A DNA stretch of 64,000 nucleotides, from IMG/VR virus record IMGVR_UViG_3300007735_000779, positions 3,334-67,333 of that record, one strand, 5' to 3'. The stretch comes from a virus. This document shows, piece after piece, positions 8,106-18,598 of the stretch (position 1 is the first letter of the stretch; each line of letters starts with the position of its first letter). The notes beneath the pieces are model-generated. The model was not told the origin of the DNA. It searched no databases and was given only the letters and a program-made list of their open reading frames with translations. Position numbers and translations under genes: made by a program.

Positions 8106-8176
8106 TCCCCGGTAGTGTAACGGTAGCACAAAAGGTTTTGGTCCTTTTGGTCCAAGTTCGAATCTTGGCTGGGGAA
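8106..8176 (+). tRNA. tRNA-Gln (anticodon UUG), no encoded CCA
   Basis: Acceptor stem TCCCCGG/CTGGGGA; anticodon stem AAAGG/CCTTT with loop TTTTGGT; T-arm CCAAG-TTCGAAT-CTTGG. Confidence 0.93.
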
Positions 8177-8191
8177 TTATAAATAATAGGT

Positions 8192-8551
8192 ATGCAGATC
8201 ATAACCCCCCTATTAACGTTGCAAAATCAATTGCGCATCCAGCACTGGCAAACAAAGTCTTTTTCCGAGCATAAGGCTTTGGGGAAAGCGTATGAGGGTC
8301 TAGATGGTCTAATTGACAATTTTGTAGAAGTTTACTTTGGCAAATATGGCAATATTAACGCTAAAGAAAATTTTAAAATTACTTTAGAAAATTATTCTGA
8401 AAAAGATTGCCGGGAAACCATAGATGAGGGTATTTCCTATCTAGAAAATCTTTCAGAAAATATGCAGGAAAACGACACGGAGCTGCTAAATATTAGGGAT
8501 GAGATGCTTGCTGTCTTACAGCAAACCAAGTATCTCCTTCGCCTAACATGA
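8192..8551 (+). CDS. Ferritin/Dps-like four-helix protein (DUF5856-like)
   Basis: HWQTKSFSEHKALG..YE.L..LID.FVE..G and LLNIRDEM; late promoter TATAAATA at 8178. Confidence 0.7.
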   Translation: MQIITPLLTLQNQLRIQHWQTKSFSEHKALGKAYEGLDGLIDNFVEVYFGKYGNINAKENFKITLENYSEKDCRETIDEGISYLENLSENMQENDTELLNIRDEMLAVLQQTKYLLRLT

Positions 8552-8862
8552 AAATACCAGAACTAACTTACGAAATCCGTTTGTTGGCCCGTAAAGAACA
8601 AGATCCTTCTCGTAAGGATCTTTTTTATCAAGTGGCAAGTGTGCTGGAATATACAGATGATCTTGTGAAACAGTGCGACTTGGCAGTTTGCGAGGGTCTA
8701 AAGTCAGGTACGGGTCCAATTGAAATGGACGGCGAGACCAAATACCCCATAAACAAAGAAGTCCTCGGAATGATGGACGATTTCCTTCTGGAGCTTGTCC
8801 AGCGAGGTTATCTGCCTAATGACGAGAGATGGGAAGAGATAAGAAAGTCAAACGCAGCGTAA
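8548..8862 (+). CDS. Hypothetical protein
   Basis: ATGA overlap with the upstream gene. Confidence 0.6.
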   Translation: MKIPELTYEIRLLARKEQDPSRKDLFYQVASVLEYTDDLVKQCDLAVCEGLKSGTGPIEMDGETKYPINKEVLGMMDDFLLELVQRGYLPNDERWEEIRKSNAA

Positions 8863-9450
8863 AAGCGCGTTGTAGACTTTCTTGGGGATTGTTTGGTGAC
8901 TTAATGCCTTAAAATTACTAGGCATGGTTTTTTGCACAATTTTGCTCTTATACGGGTTCTTCTTAAACATCCAAAATTTTCGCTTTTCTTCCATGAAATA
9001 ATGGGTGTAGATGTAGCAATTTGCTTGTCGGATGTATTTTTTCTTGTCTATTGGAAGATCATACTTATCAATCAATTTTACGGCGTATTGCTCGCATTCG
9101 CGTTCCATCTTACGAACCCAGTAAAATGCCTTTTTAATTTTCTGTGATGAATATTCTTTACCATCAAACCAGTCTACTACAATAGAGCAGTGTTTATCTG
9201 CAATTTTATAAATTTTTGATTTATGGAGCCATTGAAGAAAATGGCAATATTCGTGTAAGAGGACATCTAGAAAATTTGGGGCCTTCGTTGCAACTCGTAT
9301 ACAAATTACATTATCGTCAAAGCACCCGGAACATCGGCTTCCTTCGACATTGACGGATTTGCCTTTTCCCAGTATCAATTTTCCATTATAAATTTTGAGG
9401 TGTTTCCGAACATGGTTTATAAACTGGCGATGTTTTGGGTCCAAGTTCAT
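8848..9450 (-). CDS. Putative zinc metallopeptidase (HExxH)
   Basis: LLHEYCHFLQW with a downstream ERECE; SD GGAGGT before ATG 9450. Confidence 0.6.
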   Translation of the reverse strand: MNLDPKHRQFINHVRKHLKIYNGKLILGKGKSVNVEGSRCSGCFDDNVICIRVATKAPNFLDVLLHEYCHFLQWLHKSKIYKIADKHCSIVVDWFDGKEYSSQKIKKAFYWVRKMERECEQYAVKLIDKYDLPIDKKKYIRQANCYIYTHYFMEEKRKFWMFKKNPYKSKIVQKTMPSNFKALSHQTIPKKVYNALLRCV

Positions 9451-9516
9451 ACCTCCAGTATAGGTATTTATCTTTAAAAAGTCTAAAAGCGCCAAAAATT
9501 ATTTTTGTATAAATGC

Positions 9517-9544
9517 TTGACAAAAGACTTACTTATGGTACAAT
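9517..9544 (+). promoter_or_regulatory. Sigma70-type early promoter
   Basis: TTGACA-16 nt-TACAAT with an extended TG. Confidence 0.7.
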
Positions 9545-9570
9545 ATGCCTCAGAAAGGTTTTATAAAACT

Positions 9571-9807
9571 ATGATTATTACTAATACTAAGCGTCCTACT
9601 AAGATTCAGCGTGTGTTCGATTATATGGCAGAGGGAAACACTCTGACCCCGGGCAAGGCCCGTTCGATGTTCAAGGTCACCAACGTTCGTGCCACCATGC
9701 ACGACCTGCGGGAAGCATTCGGTAGATTCAACTACCGCCTTGATGTGGTCCGTGAGACGAAGAATGGTCGCAGCCACTATCGTCTTCGCAACACCCGCCG
9801 TCGCTAA
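9571..9807 (+). CDS. Small basic winged-HTH-like early protein
   Basis: Has its own promoter, SD and terminator; LT...ARSMF.V.NVRA..HDLR...YRL pattern; C-ending codon bias. Confidence 0.6.
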   Translation: MIITNTKRPTKIQRVFDYMAEGNTLTPGKARSMFKVTNVRATMHDLREAFGRFNYRLDVVRETKNGRSHYRLRNTRRR

Positions 9808-9829
9808 ACCTTCAAAAGTTTAGCCTTTC

Positions 9830-9860
9830 AAACCCACCCTAAATTTTAGGGTGGGTTTTT
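9830..9860 (+). terminator. Rho-independent terminator
   Basis: AAACCCACCCTAAA/TTTAGGGTGGGTTTTT inverted repeat plus T-run. Confidence 0.85.
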
Positions 9861-9902
9861 AATTTGCGTATAAATATAAGTGCATCTTAATAAGGGTGAT
9901 TT

Positions 9903-12900
9903 ATGATAACAAGAAAATGCTGTTGCACGAATGGTGGATGCTGTGAAGATTATTTGGTAGACCAGTTTGTCACTTTATTCGATAAAGAGATGGACAGTGC
10001 AGTTCCTGTATCACAGGATGATCTTATAACTTTAAAGATCAATAGACCCGGTGCTTTAAATAAATCTAAAGAATATGCATTTTCTACAAATGGAAATGGA
10101 CATTTATCTTGTCCTCGATGCTGTAGTGCATGTACTATTCAGGGGTGTGAATGCGGACCTTTTGTCCCGGAGATCAGTACAAATTGGGATATAGGTTCGG
10201 AGTATTATGGAGCTAATAAATGTATACCTTGTTGTTGTGTTACTGATTCTAAAACTGCTTCTTGGGGATGTGCAGATACTAATCCGGCTTGCCAAGATGG
10301 AACTCCTCTTAGAACCTTTGTTGGTAGTTCACTTCCTAATGTTCCTTCTATATTCAAAAAAATAACAAATAAAATAATAAAAGAACCCAAATCATTTTTT
10401 GACAAATATAAAGCAATTTCACTTTCTCAAATTGAAAAACAATCTAAATCTATATTACTAACTCAAGAGAAAAACGAAAAACAAACTAAAATTTTTGAAA
10501 AAAAGAATAGAAAAAACGAACAGTTTAAGACTTCTTTAGAATATACAAGTTTGTGTAAAAGTTGTTTAGAAAAAAATAAAATTGATATTAATTGCATATA
10601 CAATAATAGTCCAGAGTGTGCTTCAGCTGCCACTCAAATGTGTGAGCAATGTGGAGAAGAGTGCAATAGATATTGTGATCCTGTATACGGAGGAACAGAA
10701 ACTCAAATAGACAACGTTAGTACTTTATTGAATAACGTTAATTATCAAAATAAATTGGTACCTTTAGCGGCAGAACAAGATACTGCTTCTGTTTATTTGG
10801 GCGAAACTAAAGTTGAATCTTTTGCGATGCCACCAGACGGCGGAAACGGCGGTAACCCTGGAGGCGGAGGAAACCTACCAGAACAAGAACTTTGTAAGGT
10901 TTGTCTTTTTACTTCTGGAACCGCTCCCGCTCCACCAATTTATTTTATCTATAGATATTCTTATTGTAATTTTGTTTGGTACCCACCAGAATGGATTTTT
11001 GACTATAATCCAGCTCCTTCACAGGGCGCAAGTTTTTTCAACAATGGTTTAGCCAAAAGTTGTGATTATATGTATGGGCGTGTAAACAGTGATATAGGTG
11101 GTGGGGCAAACACACACGTCTCATGTCTTGTTAATAAATTTGATCAACCACAATTTTGCGGTAAAGATGCTGGAGCTTATCCGTGTCAATGCAAATCATT
11201 TCCACATTTGAGTGGTGGACTTGTTGATACGGTAAGACGAAACTATAATTTTTCACAAAAAGAATTTTTTGGAGGGTTTATTCCTTCAAAAAACCCATTT
11301 TTGCCACAAATGAAAGTATCCGAAATTGGATGTTGTTTTTGCTTTACGTCTAGCTGGACAAGAGGTCCAAATGAATGTGACACTGCTGGTGGTTTTGATC
11401 AAATGCGAAGTCAATACACGGCATATCCTTATGCAAGTGGATATGGACGGGGCTATCAAATTTACGGAACAAATTGTGTAGTAAGCGGAGGTGGCAAAGA
11501 GTTTTATAATCCACAGTATAAACTCTATTGTTTTAACCGAGGAATGTCTCCATATTTAAGTAGAATAGCCCAACAAAGATACGTTCCGGCATTTGATATT
11601 ATGTACTATGGTTCTGCTATTCCAGAATCACAAGAAACATTAGGAGCATATTACCAATCGGCTCAAATTTTAGATAATGGGACAGAATGGACAAAATTAA
11701 GATTTACAAAATTATACAATAAAAAATCTTCTCTTTACCAAAAGCTTGTTGGAATTATTTCGCTTGAACACCACTTTGAATCCTGGGCATATCACAGCAA
11801 AGCGGCATTTTCCACTTCTCCTCCGCTTTTGATGAATCATTGCAATGTGTTGCTTACTCCATATGAAAGACCATATGCAGGCACCGTGAATGAATGTTCT
11901 TTTCAATGGGATCCAAGAGCAGCAATGCGTTGGCAGATTCAAAGATCTCTTCCTCGAAATGTTATATATGGATCTTCGGGCGTTCCTATATTTTTCTCAG
12001 ATTTATATGCATTTGAAGAATTGAGCAAAAGAAAAGGTATTTTGATTGCAGGTGAAGAATTTGACGGTGGAAAGTTTTTAGAAAAATTTTATTTGTATTT
12101 CTTTAATGGATTGGGCAATAAGGGAACTTCAGGCGAACCTTTAATTGAGCCCTCAACGGTAGATGACTACAATTATGTTACGGATTGCATAAAGGCTATG
12201 ATAAAAAATAATATTATCAGCATAAAAGATCATGCTGATGATATTAGAACAGAATTGATTGAAGCTTTAGATGAAATTTTCTTTGAACCGAGCGACACGG
12301 AAGAACAGTTTCCAATATTTGACACTCTTTTTGTTGAAACGCAAATTGGTGGAAGAAGTGGATATTTGTATTTAATAAAATTTATCAAAACTCTTGCTGG
12401 ATTAGATCCTACTAAATTTTTGCCTTTATCTCAAATAAAAGAACTTATAACAGTAACATTAATTAAAAAATTAATAAACCCTAGATCTAATAAACGAGGA
12501 GTTCCCGCTCAGATGTTTTGGGGCCCTCGTCGTGTAAAACTTGTTCCTACTCCAGAATCTTCGGGTCTTACGGCATGGGGTTGTACTCAAAACGGATGTA
12601 GTTCCTCCAATCCTTCTCCGTTGAATGTACCAAATATCCCAAATGAACAATACATAAATGTTTTCTCTGGTGATAGAACAAGTTTTTCCATAACTACTAC
12701 TGGTAAAGTTTTAATCACAGGAAACGAGGCAGATCTTCAGCCTTGGCCAAATAATCGTGGCACTGATGCAGATAATAATAATTTTAACAGCTCTATAGCT
12801 GCCATACCAGACCATCTTGGAATTGTACAAGATTTAGAACCAATTCCCGCAGATAGAAAAGATGGACGGGTTATTAAAGTATCTTCAAAATCAAATTTTG

Positions 12901-15900
12901 CTGTTGCTCTAGTTTCTTATGATAACGAAATTCCAATTGGAACACATTTAGGAAAAGACGGAAGCAATGCTTCTGTTTCTGATTTGTTATTAGATTCAAA
13001 TTCTGGAATACAAGACGAGACTTCGTTTGATCGTGTCTACCATGACTCATATTCTGGATTTAATACAACAAATCCAAATCCAGATTATTTTGGCGAAGGA
13101 ATATCGGGATATCGACTAAAAGCATGGGGCCCAGACGTAAATATTGGAATTTTTAGAAGTGATAATGAGTTAAGTTATTTTTACCCTACAAGTTTGTTTG
13201 ATATTAGTTTTAACTTTCCTCTTAAAAATCGATATAAAATCTGGAAAGATGTTGCGGCAGGAGTAAAACACTGTTCCGCAATAACAGCTGACGGATTTTT
13301 ATTTGATAGTATTGCATCCGACGATAGTATTGCAAAATTTAAAGGACCCAGTTATTCAACATCTTCCGGTGATTCTCTTATAAATTATTATTACAAAAAT
13401 CTTCCCAAACCAGATTATTTTTCTCAACAAGAGTGGAATGATTTAATTTCTTGGAGGGCTATACATTGTAATTGCCCAAATAGTACAATCAAGCCAGTTG
13501 TTGATATACGATGTCGTTTATTTAAAGTTGCAACAAATGATGAACAAAATCCATATCCATATTATAATAATCTTGAACCAGATCGTCCTACTTTTACAGA
13601 CGTAGGTGCTGGGCACTACCACACAATTGCAGTTTCTTCTGATCAAAATATTATTACTTATGGTAAATATTATAAAGTTAAACCAGATGGATCTATTCTT
13701 GGACCAACAGAAACAGATCAAACAGGAAACACTGGAATAGAAGGTATTGGTGCCTTTACGCCATCCTCTATTTTGTCTCCTGATAGATGGACTATTGGAG
13801 GACTTACATATTGCGCCGGAATAACTTTATATACAACTGCAACAAAAACTAATGCAAGCGTTCAAGTATTTGATGTTGATGGTGGTCCCGATTATAGTAT
13901 GGCAATACTAGGAGGTCCAGGATCTCCAAGTACCGTAGCTGTATGGGGCCATAGTGAAATGGTATCTGCGCTAAATGGAAATGAATATGCAGGACTGACG
14001 GCTATAGCAACAAAGTCATATGATAGAATTGATCGTATTTCTGCTGGTGCAAATTCATTTGCCGTGCTTTATAGAAGAAATAATAGCTCGCGTAAATTAA
14101 TGGATATTTTTGTTAGACCAAGCAAAAAAGAAGATTCTACTTACGACTGTGGTTTAACTGAATTTCCAATTAGTGCTTACCAAGATGTTGCAATGGGATA
14201 TGGCCATGGTATAGGGATTGTTGAGCAGGGATATAAAGCAAATGTTTGGAATGGAAGGTCATTTAACACATACACCGGACACGATACGCTTCAATTTGCA
14301 GGATTTTCCGACCTTCCGTTATACTTTAGAAGTCAAGCATTTTTTAGATGTCTTCCCGGTCACTGGGATATGTCTAAGTGGCTTTTTGGAAGAACATGTA
14401 ATCAAGTAGGATCCGTAAACCCACAAAATGTTATTCTCCAACCAGATAAATGTAGTATATATTGGAGAAAAAATGAAAAGAATCTATGTTATACCGGGTT
14501 TCCACAATATTATTGGATGAAAACTGCTTGGAGGCGTTATTGTAAAGTTACACCACTCCACTCTAGAGATCCCGGTGGTGACGGATGTGGACTGTTGCGC
14601 GATGCGGATGGACTGGACCATTTAGACCCGGAGAATTGGAACGGAACCGGCCCAGCAGATGAGGGTATAATAGATTATGGAAATCGTCAATTAAATACTT
14701 TAATAGGCGGTTGTTATTCTGGGGCTGGTGATATTTGTTGGATGGGCGATGGATCTCCCAGTTCTTTTGCGTATCAAACTGGCTATGTTGATGGTAGTGG
14801 TAAACGATGTATATGCCAAGATCCATGTGGATGTGAACCTCCTCTATCAATACAATCTGCTACTGCGTATGAATATAAATGTAGGGATGACATTCAATAT
14901 GTTGCCCCAGATTGTTTTGGATATGTTATTGGAAGAGCAGGGTTTAGTTCAAACAAAGATTATTTTGTACAATCACATAAAACTTTTGGAAGCATAAATC
15001 AATTATGTTGCGGTGTAGTTAACACAAATATTACTTCTTTTTACTATGCCAAACGTTGTTATTATTACAGATATAATAAAGATACTGATTTATATGAAGT
15101 CAACAATGCTCCTTTGAAATATAGAACGTACTATGCAGGAGATAAAAGAGATGAACCAAACCCCGGTGCAACTTCTGCGACTTTTATTAATTATACAATG
15201 ACCCCAGAGGATGCCATTCCAAAAACTTATCAAGTAGACTGGGTTATGCCGTATCCTTTGGTATATTGTGGTGGAGATAAATTAAGAAAAATAAAAATAA
15301 ACATAGCTTTGTCTACAGGGTTAAGAGATTGTAATTGTGCTTTTACTTGTACCGCTGAAGAAGCATGCAGAGGAACTTGCGCTTGCAACACGGGCGGAGG
15401 TGATGTTTGCCGGATTCCAAATCCTGGGGCTGTACTACTCGGACCTGGAGGTTGGCTGTATAACCCATCTGCTACTTGTACTACGGATGGTGGACAAATT
15501 AAAACGGTAGGGTCTGATGGTCTTTTAGAGGACTCAATATACCATCAGGATGAAGTTTTATACCTTAAAGCAGGTTCTGCTGATGGTGGATTGGGACCTT
15601 TGGTAGAATTTGGTCCGTATACAGGAAGATTGCCTCCGGGGTTTAGCGCAGCTTGTTATACTGGACCAAATTGCCCTTGTCCTAATTACGATGCACACTG
15701 TAATGGATGTGATTTGCAATGTACAATGGAATCAGTATATGATATTGTAAGAGAATATACTTTAGATGATTTGGATTTGTATGTTCCAGCAGATGCAAAA
15801 CCTACATACGATGAAGATAGTAAAAATAAATTATATCGAGTATATGAAGAAATACCTTCTAGGTATAATCTTCCTGGATTTAATGGAGCAACAGGAGATC

Positions 15901-16055
15901 CGTTGTGTTTTATTGGAGGAGTCACGGATGTTCCCAATGGAGGATGTGACCCCGATACCTCAAGTGCTGGAACGGATTTCTTTAGAGCGTATGTTTACCA
16001 AGGACAACCATATCTGGTTGCAGGAGATTTTAATTGTGGTTTGTTCACAGGATAA
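9903..16055 (+). CDS. Giant Cys-rich late protein with central RCC1/BLIP-II-like repeats (putative virion appendage/adhesin)
   Basis: TATAAATA at 9869; repeats DVAAGVKHCSAIT, DVGAGHYHTIAVS, DVDGGPDYSMAI, ISAGANSFAVL, DVAMGYGHGIGI; CC/CCC clusters at both ends. Confidence 0.65.
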   Translation: MITRKCCCTNGGCCEDYLVDQFVTLFDKEMDSAVPVSQDDLITLKINRPGALNKSKEYAFSTNGNGHLSCPRCCSACTIQGCECGPFVPEISTNWDIGSEYYGANKCIPCCCVTDSKTASWGCADTNPACQDGTPLRTFVGSSLPNVPSIFKKITNKIIKEPKSFFDKYKAISLSQIEKQSKSILLTQEKNEKQTKIFEKKNRKNEQFKTSLEYTSLCKSCLEKNKIDINCIYNNSPECASAATQMCEQCGEECNRYCDPVYGGTETQIDNVSTLLNNVNYQNKLVPLAAEQDTASVYLGETKVESFAMPPDGGNGGNPGGGGNLPEQELCKVCLFTSGTAPAPPIYFIYRYSYCNFVWYPPEWIFDYNPAPSQGASFFNNGLAKSCDYMYGRVNSDIGGGANTHVSCLVNKFDQPQFCGKDAGAYPCQCKSFPHLSGGLVDTVRRNYNFSQKEFFGGFIPSKNPFLPQMKVSEIGCCFCFTSSWTRGPNECDTAGGFDQMRSQYTAYPYASGYGRGYQIYGTNCVVSGGGKEFYNPQYKLYCFNRGMSPYLSRIAQQRYVPAFDIMYYGSAIPESQETLGAYYQSAQILDNGTEWTKLRFTKLYNKKSSLYQKLVGIISLEHHFESWAYHSKAAFSTSPPLLMNHCNVLLTPYERPYAGTVNECSFQWDPRAAMRWQIQRSLPRNVIYGSSGVPIFFSDLYAFEELSKRKGILIAGEEFDGGKFLEKFYLYFFNGLGNKGTSGEPLIEPSTVDDYNYVTDCIKAMIKNNIISIKDHADDIRTELIEALDEIFFEPSDTEEQFPIFDTLFVETQIGGRSGYLYLIKFIKTLAGLDPTKFLPLSQIKELITVTLIKKLINPRSNKRGVPAQMFWGPRRVKLVPTPESSGLTAWGCTQNGCSSSNPSPLNVPNIPNEQYINVFSGDRTSFSITTTGKVLITGNEADLQPWPNNRGTDADNNNFNSSIAAIPDHLGIVQDLEPIPADRKDGRVIKVSSKSNFAVALVSYDNEIPIGTHLGKDGSNASVSDLLLDSNSGIQDETSFDRVYHDSYSGFNTTNPNPDYFGEGISGYRLKAWGPDVNIGIFRSDNELSYFYPTSLFDISFNFPLKNRYKIWKDVAAGVKHCSAITADGFLFDSIASDDSIAKFKGPSYSTSSGDSLINYYYKNLPKPDYFSQQEWNDLISWRAIHCNCPNSTIKPVVDIRCRLFKVATNDEQNPYPYYNNLEPDRPTFTDVGAGHYHTIAVSSDQNIITYGKYYKVKPDGSILGPTETDQTGNTGIEGIGAFTPSSILSPDRWTIGGLTYCAGITLYTTATKTNASVQVFDVDGGPDYSMAILGGPGSPSTVAVWGHSEMVSALNGNEYAGLTAIATKSYDRIDRISAGANSFAVLYRRNNSSRKLMDIFVRPSKKEDSTYDCGLTEFPISAYQDVAMGYGHGIGIVEQGYKANVWNGRSFNTYTGHDTLQFAGFSDLPLYFRSQAFFRCLPGHWDMSKWLFGRTCNQVGSVNPQNVILQPDKCSIYWRKNEKNLCYTGFPQYYWMKTAWRRYCKVTPLHSRDPGGDGCGLLRDADGLDHLDPENWNGTGPADEGIIDYGNRQLNTLIGGCYSGAGDICWMGDGSPSSFAYQTGYVDGSGKRCICQDPCGCEPPLSIQSATAYEYKCRDDIQYVAPDCFGYVIGRAGFSSNKDYFVQSHKTFGSINQLCCGVVNTNITSFYYAKRCYYYRYNKDTDLYEVNNAPLKYRTYYAGDKRDEPNPGATSATFINYTMTPEDAIPKTYQVDWVMPYPLVYCGGDKLRKIKINIALSTGLRDCNCAFTCTAEEACRGTCACNTGGGDVCRIPNPGAVLLGPGGWLYNPSATCTTDGGQIKTVGSDGLLEDSIYHQDEVLYLKAGSADGGLGPLVEFGPYTGRLPPGFSAACYTGPNCPCPNYDAHCNGCDLQCTMESVYDIVREYTLDDLDLYVPADAKPTYDEDSKNKLYRVYEEIPSRYNLPGFNGATGDPLCFIGGVTDVPNGGCDPDTSSAGTDFFRAYVYQGQPYLVAGDFNCGLFTG

Positions 16056-16073
16056 TAAAAGGTAAAAAATTCT

Positions 16074-16634
16074 ATGTCATACTTAAATAATGCTTTTGTT
16101 TCAAGAACATCGTATTCAAGTGATGGGGCTAACAATTTCTCTCATCCAACTCAAGATAAGGTAAATGGAATAAATCTTAGTGAATTTTCCAAAGTTGATC
16201 CAGAGGAAAAAGATATATTATATAAAAAACATATAAACATAAATTTTTCTTTTAAGAAAAGTTTTATTGTTAAAAAAGAATATATTGGTTCTGGCGATAT
16301 AATAGATTTTATTACAAGTATAACTGGTATTAAAAAATTTATTATATGGTGGACAAATGGAAACTGCGGATGCGAGGCCAGACGTAAAAAATTTAATTCT
16401 GTATTGACTTTTGTTTATTTTAAACTTTCTTTAAAGGATACTTCATATCGGGATGAAATCGTTGAAAACTTTAAACTTACAAGAAAGAAACAAATTGAAA
16501 AAGAATTGTCAGGTAATAATTTGCAATTAGAAGAAAAATATGCAAAAGCATATGCAGAGAGAGTAAATGTCAAACCACCAAGCGCAGTAAGAAGTCCATC
16601 TAAAGGATGTGGCTGTTCCGCTAAAAGAACTTGA
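16074..16634 (+). CDS. Hypothetical protein with CGC motifs
   Basis: GDIIDFITSITGIKK...NCGCEARRKKFN and C-terminal KGCGCS. Confidence 0.6.
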   Translation: MSYLNNAFVSRTSYSSDGANNFSHPTQDKVNGINLSEFSKVDPEEKDILYKKHININFSFKKSFIVKKEYIGSGDIIDFITSITGIKKFIIWWTNGNCGCEARRKKFNSVLTFVYFKLSLKDTSYRDEIVENFKLTRKKQIEKELSGNNLQLEEKYAKAYAERVNVKPPSAVRSPSKGCGCSAKRT

Positions 16635-16658
16635 CAAATTAAAATTTATTGATATAAT
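16631..16658 (+). promoter_or_regulatory. Sigma70-type promoter
   Basis: TTGACA-16 nt-TATAAT with an extended TG. Confidence 0.75.
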
Positions 16659-16678
16659 ATAAACAACAAAGGTAAAAC

Positions 16679-16978
16679 ATGGAAATAAAATATTTTAAAC
16701 TGTTTTCGGGTGAAGAGATCATTACAAGAGCCAAAAAGGTTGAATCTGGCTGGTATGTTGAAGACCCAGCAATGATTGTTCACTTGAAAGATTATAAGCT
16801 AGGTTTGGCGAATTGGTTGCCCTATACTAGAATTAAAGATGGTGCTGTTGTTCCCGATTCCGCTATTCTGATGTACACGGACGTTGCAGATGATATGGTG
16901 CAGTATTATGGAACTTGGGCCGACCCAAACATGGTCGTTGACTCTGAAAATGTAAAGACAGAGACTGAATCAGTTTAA
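16679..16978 (+). CDS. Sm-like fold protein (paralogue 2)
   Basis: YFKLFSGEEII...VEDPAMI...GLANWLPY. Confidence 0.6.
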   Translation: MEIKYFKLFSGEEIITRAKKVESGWYVEDPAMIVHLKDYKLGLANWLPYTRIKDGAVVPDSAILMYTDVADDMVQYYGTWADPNMVVDSENVKTETESV

Positions 16979-16989
16979 TAAATATTTGC

Positions 16990-17271
16990 GTGTTTAAAGG
17001 CAAATATAAAAAACTATTAGCAGACGGTTCTTTGGCTGTATATGTTGCGGGAGATGTAGTGATCTTCCATGGCAAATTATATACAGCCAAAGAACCTGTT
17101 ACTTTATCGCCTGTAGAACAGTCGCCATCGTGGTTGTTTTCTGGAAACACAGAAATATATAATTCTTCAAATCCTCCTCTTGATCCACAAGTCGGTCAAA
17201 TCTGGAGCAAAGACGGAAGATTTTATTCTTATTATTATGACGGATCCAACTATAGTTGGGTGGAAATTTAA
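16990..17271 (+). CDS. Small late protein with a CBM5/12-like carbohydrate-binding motif
   Basis: YVAGDVVIFHGKLYTAK...SP...W; ATAAATA 5 nt before GTG. Confidence 0.5.
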   Translation: MFKGKYKKLLADGSLAVYVAGDVVIFHGKLYTAKEPVTLSPVEQSPSWLFSGNTEIYNSSNPPLDPQVGQIWSKDGRFYSYYYDGSNYSWVEI

Positions 17272-18596
17272 CCGGTTTGAATTATAATTTCTAAAACTGA
17301 AGTAGTTTCTTTTTCAAGTTTTAGATATATATTTGTGTTTAGCGCCAAAAGAGAGCCAGCGTAAATAAATGCGGCTCCTTCTACACCCGGAGTTCCATTT
17401 AAATAGTATTTTGAAGTAAGAGGAATGGAGCATGCACTATCAGCAAATACTGATACCTTTGTTCCAAAATTTCTTGCATCAGAAAGATCTATTTTAAAAT
17501 TTAAACTTTCATATACGGTTGAATATGGTATTAGTAATGTTCCAGTTGTAACCGTATCAACTATAATTTCATTAAAGGTTGTGGTTGTTTGCAATTCTGG
17601 AACTTGAAATTCCGCACTTACAACAAAATCTGTAATAGTTGTTGTTTTGTACACAAGGTGATATATTCTAAGCAACTGCAAAGAAACTGTTCCGCTTACA
17701 GGAGTAATTGTTGTAATGTTTAGATTCTTTAAACTTGTATTTGGATACCAAAAATAGTTTAAGGTATATTCTGAATTTAAAAGAGTACGAAGAGTAAATT
17801 GCTTTATATTTTGATTTTCTATAAATTTAGAAAATACTCCAGGATAATCTGCAACAATTTTAATTACACCATTTATGGTCTCATCATAGTTAATAACATT
17901 GGTGTTTGGGATACCACGCATGTATGTGTAGACCAAACTATTTTGAAAGTATAAATTTTCGTTTGTTATTGATTCTGTTGGATCTAGATATACAGCCTCA
18001 GTTCCGTCATTCAAGTTAATGTAATTTTTAACTTTAATTCTTTTTACGTTTAAAGTGCTTTTTTCAACTTCAATATATTCTTCAAAGTTAAAATCTGATC
18101 CATATAAACCAAGATATTCTAGATTAAGCGGAGCATCATCTGGAAGCTTAGACAAAAGAATATTGGCAGTAGCACCTTTTATTGCAGTAAACTGAAGTGG
18201 CGAAGTAAAGAGATTTTTGTCGTATATACCCGAAGTTATTGATGCGGTGCCACTTAACCCGGAAAAATACAAAAATTCGTTGTATGCTCCTGTTTTTCCT
18301 TGAAGTGTAAACTGCCCACTCCAAGTTGTCTGGGCACCTGTGTCAATATTTGAATAGACTCCACCAGAAAAAGCCAGAGTGTTTCCAGTTGACAAATTGT
18401 CAAAAAACAGTTTTAAAAACTTTAAATCCGAAGAATTCTTGCTATGTGAATAGTTGAAGAAAAAACTATTTCCGCTGCAAAGAACATGCGGAGAAGAGTT
18501 TAAAATTCCTTTGGTCAAGCATGGGTCTGCAGTAGAACCAACAAATTCTAAAGTAAAAGATTGTGTTGATTTTACTATACTTAATGCATCAGCCAT
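17268..18596 (-). CDS. Hypothetical beta-rich virion structural protein
   Basis: Second gene of a late minus-strand operon; S/T/N-rich. Confidence 0.55.
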   Translation of the reverse strand: MADALSIVKSTQSFTLEFVGSTADPCLTKGILNSSPHVLCSGNSFFFNYSHSKNSSDLKFLKLFFDNLSTGNTLAFSGGVYSNIDTGAQTTWSGQFTLQGKTGAYNEFLYFSGLSGTASITSGIYDKNLFTSPLQFTAIKGATANILLSKLPDDAPLNLEYLGLYGSDFNFEEYIEVEKSTLNVKRIKVKNYINLNDGTEAVYLDPTESITNENLYFQNSLVYTYMRGIPNTNVINYDETINGVIKIVADYPGVFSKFIENQNIKQFTLRTLLNSEYTLNYFWYPNTSLKNLNITTITPVSGTVSLQLLRIYHLVYKTTTITDFVVSAEFQVPELQTTTTFNEIIVDTVTTGTLLIPYSTVYESLNFKIDLSDARNFGTKVSVFADSACSIPLTSKYYLNGTPGVEGAAFIYAGSLLALNTNIYLKLEKETTSVLEIIIQTG

Positions 18597-18598
18597 GT

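Noticed and set aside
8075-8106. GCCTC...GAGGC stem plus T-run before the tRNA
   Set aside because: Short stem with a large loop; could be a weak terminator or processing signal but is not supportable.
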